Assembly: GCA_963666345.1 (NCBI GenBank)
Contig: OY762721.1
Span: 1,696,001-1,760,000 of the forward strand
DNA length: 64,000 nucleotides
Reading direction: 5' to 3'
Origin: Desulfatiglandales bacterium
GTDB taxonomy: Bacteria > Desulfobacterota > DSM-4660 > Desulfatiglandales > Desulfatiglandaceae
Program-made: the position numbers and the translations under genes
The notes under the pieces: model-generated
The model's input: the letters and a program-made list of their open reading frames with translations, nothing else
Databases searched by the model: none
What the model was told of the DNA's origin: nothing
Shown here: piece by piece, positions 28,824 to 37,671 of the stretch
How the letters are laid out: each line of letters starts with the position of its first letter
Numbering within the stretch: position 1 is the stretch's first letter

Positions 28824-30941
28824 TTAAAGCTTCAATTCCTCGACCATCCGGCGCATGGTATTGGCAAACTTGGGTCCGTCAGCGGCGGAGCACCATACAT
28901 TCCAGAGCCTCTCCGGGTCGTACCCCTTTTTGGCCAGCTTTCTCTTTGCCCTGTCGACCCTCTTTTCAGCGGCATAGTTGCCCGATATATAGTGGCACGT
29001 GGGAAACTCGCATCCCGCAACCAAAACCCCTGCCGCACCCAGATCAAAGGCCCTTTCGATCATTTTTATTGAAATGCGGGCGGAACACATCACCCTTATC
29101 AAACGGGCGTTGGGGGGGTACTGGAGCCTGCTAACCCCTGCCATGTCCACACCGCCGAGGGCACACCAGTGACATACGAATCCTACAATCTTCTTTTCAG
29201 GATTCTCTTCAAGTGCCGCTTCAACCTGAGCCAGTATCTGTTCATCCGAATAGTGAATAATGGTAATGCATTCCTTCGGACAATCAGCGGCGCACAGACC
29301 GCATCCCTTACAGAGCGCCTTTATGACAACAGGCATTTTATCTTCATTCAACTTTATCGCATTGTAGGGGCATCTCTTGTAACATAGGCCGCATGCATTA
29401 CAGTCCGTAAGATCGATATCGGCCACGATCCCCTCCGCCTCGATAAAACCGTTGTTCATCGGTATGGAGAGCCTCATTGCGGCTCCCATACCCTCCTCGC
29501 AACTGTCCTTTATCCCCTTTGGATTCTTGGCACACCCGCACAGGGCGATGCCGTCGAACGGAAAATCAAGAGGCCCCAGCTTGACATGCCTTTCCTGAAA
29601 GAATCCGTCCGAATTTGAGGATACCTTAAGGTGCCCTTTTATCTGCTCCACCGTGTCGTCACCCCTGAAACCGGTGGTGAGAACAACAAGGTCGGCGGGC
29701 AATCGGAACTGCCGCCCCAGAAGCATGTCGAACACGTTCACGGACAGGTCGCCGTCACTGCCGCTCACTTCGGGATAATCGCCGTCCGGGAACCTCAGAA
29801 ATTTGACGCCCGCCTCTTTGGCCGCGTCAAGCTGGAAATGCTCCTCCTTGACCATGCTCAAATCCCTGTAAAGGATGAAGACATTCACCTTGCTGTTAAG
29901 TCCCTTTATTGCCATGGCGTTTTTTACCGAAACCGGGCATCCTATGTTGCAGCAACCTCTGGAACCATTCTTTGAATTAACGCAGTTGATCACCACCACG
30001 TTTGTTATTTCCGAATCAACCCCGGAAATATTAAGGGAGTATTCACCTGCCTCATGATCAACTTCCCCTGCATCGGCCCGCCACTTCCTGATAATTTCTT
30101 CGAGCTGTAACTGGGTCACCACCCTGCTGTCTTTTCCGTACAGGAATTCCTCGGGGGGGTCGATCTCCTGCATTCCGGTCGCCACCACAACGGTTGAGAC
30201 TTCTACCTGCCGGGGCTCCCCGCCCACCTTCAGGCCCACCTTATAGTTACCAATATAACCTTCAACCGAATCGATCTCCGTGTCGGTATAGACGACGATA
30301 TGAGGGTGAGAGGTAACCTGCTCCACTTTTTTGGCCAGCAGCAGCGAGGAATCCATGCTTTCCCTGCCGTGAGAAACGGAACAGACCCTGTTAAGGAGCC
30401 CTCCCAGTTCATTTTTCTTTTCAACAATAATGCTTTTGAATCCCTGATCGGCCAGATTAACGGCCGCGGTCATTCCTGACATGCCCCCCCCGATTATCAG
30501 GCATTCTCTGCCTACCGGCAGTCTTATCTCCTCTCCTTCTTCAAGAAGGACGGCCTTTGCCACACCCATCTTGACCAGATCCTTTGCCTTTTCGGTAGCG
30601 GCATCCGGTTGTTTCATATGAACCCATGAGACCTGCTCCCTTATACTTACAAACTCAAGAAGGTAGGGGTTGAGGCCCGCCTCCTTTACCGTGGCCTTAA
30701 AAAGAGGTTCATGTGTCCTCGGGGTACAGGATGCTATTACAACCCTGTTAATATCGTGCTCCTTGATCGAATCCCTCATATCGGAAAGCGCGTCCACGGA
30801 ACAGGACCATTTCCCCTCATCCGCGAAAGCAACCATATCAAGGCCCTTTGCGTACTCGACTACATCGGGAACATTTACGACTCCCGCTATATTGGAGCCG
30901 CAGTCACAGACAAAAACTCCGACCCTTATTTCATCATTCAT
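28824..30941 (-). CDS. hdrA: HdrA-family flavoprotein fused to an MvhD/FlpD [2Fe-2S] domain
   Basis: VGVFVCDCGSNI, SCTPRTHE, IREQVSWVH, GGGMSG, a ferredoxin pair, and C-terminal CHWC, RVMCSAR and GCEFPTCHY. Confidence 0.88.
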   Translation of the reverse strand: MNDEIRVGVFVCDCGSNIAGVVNVPDVVEYAKGLDMVAFADEGKWSCSVDALSDMRDSIKEHDINRVVIASCTPRTHEPLFKATVKEAGLNPYLLEFVSIREQVSWVHMKQPDAATEKAKDLVKMGVAKAVLLEEGEEIRLPVGRECLIIGGGMSGMTAAVNLADQGFKSIIVEKKNELGGLLNRVCSVSHGRESMDSSLLLAKKVEQVTSHPHIVVYTDTEIDSVEGYIGNYKVGLKVGGEPRQVEVSTVVVATGMQEIDPPEEFLYGKDSRVVTQLQLEEIIRKWRADAGEVDHEAGEYSLNISGVDSEITNVVVINCVNSKNGSRGCCNIGCPVSVKNAMAIKGLNSKVNVFILYRDLSMVKEEHFQLDAAKEAGVKFLRFPDGDYPEVSGSDGDLSVNVFDMLLGRQFRLPADLVVLTTGFRGDDTVEQIKGHLKVSSNSDGFFQERHVKLGPLDFPFDGIALCGCAKNPKGIKDSCEEGMGAAMRLSIPMNNGFIEAEGIVADIDLTDCNACGLCYKRCPYNAIKLNEDKMPVVIKALCKGCGLCAADCPKECITIIHYSDEQILAQVEAALEENPEKKIVGFVCHWCALGGVDMAGVSRLQYPPNARLIRVMCSARISIKMIERAFDLGAAGVLVAGCEFPTCHYISGNYAAEKRVDRAKRKLAKKGYDPERLWNVWCSAADGPKFANTMRRMVEELKL

Positions 30942-32302
30942 TTCACGTCCCTCACCTGGTTTCTTACAACCGCCTTCATACCGGCTGCGCAGGCCTGAAC
31001 CACGGACTCCGAGATATCGATAGGCCCGGTTGCTCCCCCGCACAGATAGATTCCTTCCACCGCCGTCTCAAGAGGAGACACCAGAGGGTCCTTTTCCTTG
31101 AAAAACCCCAGCTCGTCCAGTTCGATCCTCAACACCTTGGCAAGTCTTTCGTTCCGGTCATTCGGCACAAGACCCATGGAAAGCACAAGAAGATCAAATT
31201 CTTCCTCAACGATTTCTCCCGTCTCCAGGCTTTCATACCTGAGAATCAGGTTTTTTGTTTCCTTTTCTTCAATAACATCAAAAGGCCTTGCCCTTACATA
31301 TCTGACCCCGTTGTCGAGCGCTTTTTCATAAAAAGCCCAGAAGCCTTTTCCGTAGGCCTTGAGATCATTATAAAAAATTGTGGCCCCTACCGACGAATCA
31401 TGCTCCTTGGTGATAATCGTCTGCTTTGCGGCAATCATGCAGCATACCTTCGAGCAGTAGGGCAGCCCTGTTTCAAGCCCCCTTCCGGCGCATTGAATCC
31501 ATGCTATCCGGTGGGCATGACTTTTATCGGAGGGCCTTATTATCCGGCCTGCCGTGGGACCCCCGGCATTCATCAACCTTTCGAACTGCAGATTGGTTAT
31601 GACATTTTCATGTTCACCATACCCGTATAGCCCCGGAGCGGGCTGAGCCGAAGCGATACCTGAGGCGACCACTATGCTTTGTACTTCCAGGTTAAGATTT
31701 CTGTTCGACTGCCAGAGTCGCACCGCATCCTTTCCCTCCTCCTGACAGGCCTTGACACAAAGGGCGATCGGGCACTCCCGGCACTGACTGCAATCCACAA
31801 CGCAGCCTCCCACGCAGGCTCCCTGCTCTCTCATATTACCGTAGCGACAATCGGGGTCTATTACCGCGACATTGGGTACGGCCTGAGGAAAAGGCATATA
31901 GATGAGTTTTCTCATACCTCCTATCTTGCCGTCCATTTCGTCCGGTATGCTGACCGGGCAGGCCTCCATGCAGGCGCCGCATCCAGTACACTTTTCCTCG
32001 TCTATGAATTTGGCCTTCTGAACCAGTTTTACCTTGAAACCTCCGTCCGACTTTTTGACCTTTCTGATCTCGGTATTTGTCAGGATCTCTATGTTGGGTT
32101 CATTATCCACTTCGTACATCTGAGGTGCTTCGATACAAATCGAACAGTCGTTGGTGGGAAAAGTCTTATCGAGCCTTGCCATCATTCCACCGATACTGGC
32201 CGTATCATCCATCAGATAGACATGTGTACCGTATCTGGCGGCATTCAGCGCGCAGTTTATGCCGGCTATTCCGCCTCCTATAATCAATATCGATGCGTCC
32301 AT
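30938..32302 (-). CDS. hdrA: HdrA-family flavoprotein (lacks the N-terminal Fe-S domain; Cys-expanded inserted ferredoxin)
   Basis: GGGIAG, LDKTFPTNDCSIC, CTGCGACMEACP, FPQAVP, QFERLMNAGGPT, YCSKVCC and GPIDISES. Confidence 0.9.
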   Translation of the reverse strand: MDASILIIGGGIAGINCALNAARYGTHVYLMDDTASIGGMMARLDKTFPTNDCSICIEAPQMYEVDNEPNIEILTNTEIRKVKKSDGGFKVKLVQKAKFIDEEKCTGCGACMEACPVSIPDEMDGKIGGMRKLIYMPFPQAVPNVAVIDPDCRYGNMREQGACVGGCVVDCSQCRECPIALCVKACQEEGKDAVRLWQSNRNLNLEVQSIVVASGIASAQPAPGLYGYGEHENVITNLQFERLMNAGGPTAGRIIRPSDKSHAHRIAWIQCAGRGLETGLPYCSKVCCMIAAKQTIITKEHDSSVGATIFYNDLKAYGKGFWAFYEKALDNGVRYVRARPFDVIEEKETKNLILRYESLETGEIVEEEFDLLVLSMGLVPNDRNERLAKVLRIELDELGFFKEKDPLVSPLETAVEGIYLCGGATGPIDISESVVQACAAGMKAVVRNQVRDVK

Positions 32303-32529
32303 AGATCCGCCTCTTGTCTTTTTCTGAACTTTTACACCTGTAATTTCAGCATCCTGTCAGCCCAATCGGACCTCTCCGGCAAAAACGCCCGACAGGAAAA
32401 AGGTTACCGCTGCAAATGGGATGCGATTATCATCAGGCTGGAATCGGAATAGTCCGGACGATATTGACACGAACCTTCCCGACCATCCTTACAGGGATGC
32501 TTTCTCGTGGATTCGAGGAACAGTGCCCC

Positions 32530-32739
32530 TCAAATCTCGGTTATAATTATTGCCCCCGATTTACACACTGCCACGCAGGTCCTGCATCCGAGGCAATTCT
32601 GTGGTCTTACTGCCTGAGCCTTGTGAGACATGTCAAAGACATCTACAGGACAAAACTTAAAGCATTCCTCACAGCCGTCACACTTTTCAGCATCAATGTG
32701 CACCAGATAAACTTCGAAAGACTTGTATTTTTTACCCAT
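32530..32739 (-). CDS. 2x[4Fe-4S] ferredoxin
   Basis: CDGCEECFKFCP and CLGCRTCVAVC. Confidence 0.85.
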   Translation of the reverse strand: MGKKYKSFEVYLVHIDAEKCDGCEECFKFCPVDVFDMSHKAQAVRPQNCLGCRTCVAVCKSGAIIITEI

Positions 32740-32832
32740 AAGTTGTTTCAAAACCGGTTGAAATCGATATTTGCATCAAAACCCATACACTGCCCATCCC
32801 AAAATAAGGTCATACGCTCCATTGAAGTTTAA

Positions 32833-33097
32833 GGACCTTCTCCCGATTAATTGGTCAATTAGCATATCTTTTTTACACAGTGCGGCATATCAGGATTCGA
32901 GGGACCAAGGGGCCAAGGGTTCGAGTGAAAAACAGAGAGAAATCTAATGGAATCCTGATTTTTAGTCGATGAAATATCCACACACAAGCAGAAGAAAATT
33001 CGATGCAGCAGAAATAACATATTTAGACACCAACCACTTGAACCCCGGCCCCTGGAACCCGGGAACCCGCTGTGAAGCAGTGGGACTGAGCGAAGCG
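32833..33097. repeat. MITE-family copy with inverted octamer arms (no right terminal repeat found)
   Basis: Left end GGACCTTCTCCCGATTAATTGG resembles 59776; AAGGG(T/G)CC-type arm at 32892-32927 and complementary GAACCC arm at 33035-33068; the tail GAAGCAGTGGGACTGAGCGAAGCG matches 59839-59862 in inverted orientation. Confidence 0.7.
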
Positions 33098-33532
33098 CTA
33101 TTTTTTCAGTTCCTCCCACTTGTAGTCGATAAGCTCGGTTAAGACTCCGTTCAGTTTTTTTGGGTGAACAAAGGCAAATTCACAATCTCGAAAGGGTCTT
33201 GCGATTTCTCCACGCTTATCAGGGATAAAGGGGTATCCCTTGCCCTTCATCTCATCCACGGCTTCACGGGTATTGTCGACATTAAAGCTGATCAGCATGA
33301 CCCCTTCACCGTTTTTTTCTATGAACTTGGCCACATCACCTTCAGGGGATGTGGATTCCATCAATTCGAAGCCTACCTCCCCGACCCAGTAACGGGCGAC
33401 GTTTATCTTTTCAGGTTCATCCACATATGCGTCGTCCGGGCCTGATTTACCCAAAAGCGGCTCCCAGGTCTTTTTCGCCTCTTCCAGATCTTTTACCGCG
33501 ATGCAGATATGGTCTATCTTGTTGGCCTTCAT
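33098..33532 (-). CDS. VOC family protein, methylmalonyl-CoA epimerase-like
   Basis: KIDHICIAV, FELME, VAKFIEKNGEG and FVHPKKLNGVLTEL. Confidence 0.85.
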   Translation of the reverse strand: MKANKIDHICIAVKDLEEAKKTWEPLLGKSGPDDAYVDEPEKINVARYWVGEVGFELMESTSPEGDVAKFIEKNGEGVMLISFNVDNTREAVDEMKGKGYPFIPDKRGEIARPFRDCEFAFVHPKKLNGVLTELIDYKWEELKK

Positions 33533-33614
33533 AACAGACTCCTTGAGATGAGCTTTCACCCCATACCGGGCTGCCGGGACAGTCCGGCATGAGGAAAGCT
33601 CCCGTTTTGATTGC

Positions 33615-33821
33615 TTAGAATGTTACCTTTTCCAGCGGAATGGTGATCGCCTGATCAGGGCAGATGCTTCCGCATTCATTGCAGTCCTCACAGATGAATT
33701 CGGTAACCACGACCCTGCCGTCCTGCACCCTAACCGCCGAATCAGGGCATACCTCTACACACAGGGGTTGGACATTGCCCCCACACATGGTGCATTTTTC
33801 CATATCTATCTGAGCAGCCAT
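33615..33821 (-). CDS. 2x[4Fe-4S] ferredoxin
   Basis: CTMC-x6-CVEVCP and CEDCNECGSICP; GGAG ribosome-binding site. Confidence 0.85.
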   Translation of the reverse strand: MAAQIDMEKCTMCGGNVQPLCVEVCPDSAVRVQDGRVVVTEFICEDCNECGSICPDQAITIPLEKVTF

Positions 33822-33836
33822 TTTAAACTCCCTATA

Positions 33837-34364
33837 TTATTTTTTTTTGTAAAGCCTTATGAGATACTCTCCTTCGCCCCTGGGAATAGCCTTGAGCATT
33901 TCAAGTCCCAGATCGATATTGAAAAACATGTTCACGTCTTCAAGTATGGCCTTGAACAGGCTCTCTCTTGTAACCGCCACCTCTTCCATGGGGACTCCGA
34001 ATTCCTTGGCAGCGGTAGGCCATGGGCATCGGGTGCACCGGATAAAGACCTCACCCGGGCTTTCTCCCTTTTCTGCAAACGCAAGCCCTCCCTCGGTCAC
34101 CCACACCCCCGCCATCGCCCTTCCGAGGTTGAGAATAAAGGCATCTTCCCCTTTCAGCCAGTTGAGTCTGGGCAGGAAGCTCTTGCCTATATCCTTTCCC
34201 ATATGCTCGGCCGCCTTCACCGCGATACCGGCAGGATCGGCATCAGGGCCGGCCAGTTCAAGCGCCACTTCACGCCACCGGTAATAGGTTTTGCAGATTT
34301 CAGTCTGGGCGCCATGCATGTTTTTCCATAATTTACTTATTTCCTTTTCTGCGTTAACTGGCAT
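33837..34364 (-). CDS. Hypothetical protein (V4R/ATC-hydrolase-like fold suspected)
   Basis: 175 aa, AGGAG ribosome-binding site, short spacing between the OYE and ferredoxin genes; CTRCPW motif. Confidence 0.75.
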   Translation of the reverse strand: MPVNAEKEISKLWKNMHGAQTEICKTYYRWREVALELAGPDADPAGIAVKAAEHMGKDIGKSFLPRLNWLKGEDAFILNLGRAMAGVWVTEGGLAFAEKGESPGEVFIRCTRCPWPTAAKEFGVPMEEVAVTRESLFKAILEDVNMFFNIDLGLEMLKAIPRGEGEYLIRLYKKK

Positions 34365-34377
34365 CTTCTCTTCCTCC

Positions 34378-36360
34378 TTATATCCTTAGACCGATCCGGT
34401 AACCGTCATGGACGGCGCTTGAAAGATTCCTCGGGACAAGTGCGTCACCAACGGCAAAGAGCTCCATGCCCTCCGCCTGAACCGCCTTTTTCAATCCTTC
34501 GTTGGCCTCCCTCTCCGAGATCACTATGGTGTCGAATTTTACCGGGAAGCGGTAGCCGTCATAGGTCTTGACCGTAATCTCGCCATCTGTGATCTCTTCG
34601 ATATCACAGTCATTATAGGCCATGACCCCGTTTTGTCTGAGATAGATCATATAACGCCATTTGAAGGACGGATTGATATCAAAGCCCGCGCTCTTTTCTC
34701 TTCCCACAATGGTGACCTTCTTCCCCTCTTTTGCGAGCTTGAGCGCAACTCCTATCCCGGGTTTTCTGTTTCCCCATACCACGACCCGCTCTCCGACTTC
34801 CGCCTTGCCGCTCATCACATCCAGGACATTGACGATATTTTCCCCCTCTCCCGGAAGTTTCGGGTATACGGGGCCTGTGGCAAGCACCACGCTGTCGGGC
34901 ATCTCATCCTGTATCAGCTCTTCGGTCACCTCGGTTGCCAGGTGGAATACGACACCGTATTTTTCACACATCGTCTTCTGATACTTGACGCATGTCATCA
35001 GTTCTTCGTCGCCGTACGGGGCCTGTGATGCCTCAAGAAGGGTCCCGCCTATTTCATCTCTCTTGTCGTAGACATGGACCTCGTGTCCCCTCTGTGCGGC
35101 GACATAGGCGCATTCCAGACCGGCGGGTCCGGCTCCCACAATCATAATCTCTTTTTTGTCATCTTCTTCCACCTCTTTCGGGTAGAAGCCGTCATCATGC
35201 TCATGGGCGCAAAGAGGGTTTATGTAACAGGTCATCGGCGCATCACGGAACAATCTGGCAAGGCAAAGATTACAGGCAACGCAGTGCCTGATCTCTTCTT
35301 CCCTGCCCTCCAGAACCTTTTTGGGCATGTAAGGATCGGCTATCATCGGACGGCACATCTCCCAGAAATCCAGTTCACCGTCTCCTATCGCCTTATCAGG
35401 CCGATCAGGCGTAAAGAGACGATATGCCATCTGGACCGGCACCTTCACATGCTCCTTTGCCCTCTTTGCAAGATGGAGCCAGTTTCCCTGGGGGATATCC
35501 CTGCTTATTACCGGGTATATGGATTCCTGCCAGCCGAGGGTACAGCTTATGTAATCGGCGCCGGCCTCCTCCGCGAGCTGGTAGGTGATCATCGACTCTT
35601 CAGGCGTATTACCCCTTACGTCATCCAGCAGTTCCTCTGAACAAAGTCTTATTCCTACAGGGATATCCGGGCCGCAGGCCTCTTTTACCCCCTGAATGAT
35701 CTCTACCATGGCCTGGCACCTGCCTCTTATATCCCCGCCGTATTCATCGGTCCGCCTGTTCGTATAGCTTGAGAGAAAATTGGAGATAAGATATCCCACG
35801 ATGCCCGATATCTCCATCACGTCGAAGCCGGCCTCCACGCCTCTTCTGGCCGATTCGACATGCTGTCTGATCATCTCCTTCACCTCTGCGTTGGTCATCT
35901 CATCCATCGGCTTGAATATTCTCAGCCTTTGAGGCACTGCGGAAGGACCGTGCCCGCTGTCCACTTCGACCGCGCCGACTCTTCCGCAGTCCATAAGCTG
36001 AAATCCCGCTATGGCCCGTTCTCCATGTATGGCATCGGCCATCTTCTTGAGCCCCGGGATGAACTTGTCGTCCCAGCAGCCCGCCTGTCCCACATAACCC
36101 TGTCCCTTGCGCGGCTCATCCATATAGACTCCCTGCATGAAACAGAGTCCTCCCACGACCCCCTCGGCCCTAGACCTTATATAGGCCACATCGGCATCGG
36201 TAATAAAACCGTGATGATCGTTGAGGTTGTCTTCGGTAGCCGCATACTTGATCCTGTTAGGGACCATCAGGTTCCCCAACTCGATCGGCTTGAAAATATT
36301 AGGATACCTTTTTGCTCCCGGATACGAGGAGTAATCCCATTCAAACAATACTTTGGCCAT
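34378..36360 (-). CDS. OYE-family FMN/[4Fe-4S]/FAD oxidoreductase (dienoyl-/aryl-CoA reductase-like)
   Basis: TIM barrel (PNRI, GYLISNF, NRRTDEYGG), CVACNLC...CYINP cluster motif and GAGPAG FAD domain; 660 aa. Confidence 0.88.
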   Translation of the reverse strand: MAKVLFEWDYSSYPGAKRYPNIFKPIELGNLMVPNRIKYAATEDNLNDHHGFITDADVAYIRSRAEGVVGGLCFMQGVYMDEPRKGQGYVGQAGCWDDKFIPGLKKMADAIHGERAIAGFQLMDCGRVGAVEVDSGHGPSAVPQRLRIFKPMDEMTNAEVKEMIRQHVESARRGVEAGFDVMEISGIVGYLISNFLSSYTNRRTDEYGGDIRGRCQAMVEIIQGVKEACGPDIPVGIRLCSEELLDDVRGNTPEESMITYQLAEEAGADYISCTLGWQESIYPVISRDIPQGNWLHLAKRAKEHVKVPVQMAYRLFTPDRPDKAIGDGELDFWEMCRPMIADPYMPKKVLEGREEEIRHCVACNLCLARLFRDAPMTCYINPLCAHEHDDGFYPKEVEEDDKKEIMIVGAGPAGLECAYVAAQRGHEVHVYDKRDEIGGTLLEASQAPYGDEELMTCVKYQKTMCEKYGVVFHLATEVTEELIQDEMPDSVVLATGPVYPKLPGEGENIVNVLDVMSGKAEVGERVVVWGNRKPGIGVALKLAKEGKKVTIVGREKSAGFDINPSFKWRYMIYLRQNGVMAYNDCDIEEITDGEITVKTYDGYRFPVKFDTIVISEREANEGLKKAVQAEGMELFAVGDALVPRNLSSAVHDGYRIGLRI

Positions 36361-36432
36361 CTGTGCGTCCTCCTTTATGATTCTGTCGAGCGATATTTAT
36401 CTGCTCAAGAATAAAAACCCTTATCCCGCCTC

Positions 36433-37629
36433 TTACGGTAATCCGAATATGCTTACTGCGCTTACATGTATGCCCACGTTTCCTCCGACATTGTGAATAA
36501 GTCCCAGTTTCGGGTTTTTGAGCTGTCTTTCGGGGTTATCCACCCGTCCCTGAAGTTGTTTGTATACCTCGTAGGTCATCCTCAGACCGCTTGCCGAAAG
36601 AGGGTGCCCGAAACACTTAAGACCCCCGTCCGTATTTATAGGCTGCGCGCCCGATAAGAGATATCTGCCCGCTTCAATGTCCTCAGGCGCCTTGCCCCTC
36701 TCGCTGAAACCCAGATCCTCGATGGTTATCAGCTCGGTGGTGCTGAAGCAGTCGTGGAGTTCGGCCATGCTGATCTCTTCCCTGGGATTTTTGATGCCCG
36801 CCTCTTTGTAGGCGGCATTTGCCGCTGCAACGTTCTCCGGGAAACTCAAAAAATCAAATTCCTGCTGCATTGTCGACTGGCCGGCCCCTGTGGCAACCCC
36901 CTGCCCTTTTACCAGTATGTAGTCGTCCCTGAGTGTCTTTGCTATCTCAGGTGTAGTTACAATGGCCGCTGCCCCTCCGTCACTCATGCCGCACGCGTCA
37001 TATAGGGTGTAGGGCCATGATATGATTCTGGCCTTAAGCACGTCTTCCACGGTTATCTTTCGGTGCAGATGCGCCTTGGGGGTCAGAAGCCCGTTGTCGT
37101 GGTTCTTGACGTTTATGATTGCAAGCATCTTTTTGAATCCTTCGAAATCCCAGTTATAATCATCCTTGTAATGATAAAAATATCTGGTCCCGTACTGCCC
37201 GAACTGGCTCGCGGGCGGGATGTCCCATTCGGTCATACCCCTGTCAAGAGGCTCCTGGATGAACAGACCGAACCCGCCGTGATGATCCTTTGTCTTTTCA
37301 ACTCCGCATGCCAGTACGATATCAAAGACACCTGAAGCGACTCCGTAGCAGGCGTTTCTTAGGACATCCTGACCGCCCGCGCAAAAATTCTCCACCCTTG
37401 ACACGGGGATATATTGCGTCTTGAGGGCCCTGGCAAGATGCGCGCCGGTAAAACCGGACTCCCTGCTCGCATACCATGCCGCCTGAATGTCCTTAGGTTC
37501 GATTCCAGCATCCTCTATGGCCTCGTAGCATGAATCCACTACCAGGTCTTCTATCCCTTTATCCCACAGTTCACCGAACTTCGTGCAACCCATGCCGACG
37601 ATAGCTACCTTGTCTCTGATGCTTCCCAT
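36433..37629 (-). CDS. SCP2/BbsB-type thiolase (IaaA-like)
   Basis: VENFCAGG, ELHDCF and GGLKCFGHP motifs. Confidence 0.88.
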   Translation of the reverse strand: MGSIRDKVAIVGMGCTKFGELWDKGIEDLVVDSCYEAIEDAGIEPKDIQAAWYASRESGFTGAHLARALKTQYIPVSRVENFCAGGQDVLRNACYGVASGVFDIVLACGVEKTKDHHGGFGLFIQEPLDRGMTEWDIPPASQFGQYGTRYFYHYKDDYNWDFEGFKKMLAIINVKNHDNGLLTPKAHLHRKITVEDVLKARIISWPYTLYDACGMSDGGAAAIVTTPEIAKTLRDDYILVKGQGVATGAGQSTMQQEFDFLSFPENVAAANAAYKEAGIKNPREEISMAELHDCFSTTELITIEDLGFSERGKAPEDIEAGRYLLSGAQPINTDGGLKCFGHPLSASGLRMTYEVYKQLQGRVDNPERQLKNPKLGLIHNVGGNVGIHVSAVSIFGLP

Positions 37630-37671
37630 TTTGAGCTCCCGGCCCTGAAGGGCCCATGTTTTATGTTTTCA

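Noticed and set aside
27038..32302. QmoABC or class II benzoyl-CoA reductase (Bam) assignment
   Set aside because: No aprAB, membrane QmoC, or tungsten AOR-family BamB/BamC genes in the window.
28824..32302. Selenocysteine recoding in HdrA/MvhD
   Set aside because: The frames are open, with Cys codons at the usual Sec positions (SCTP, GCEFPTC).
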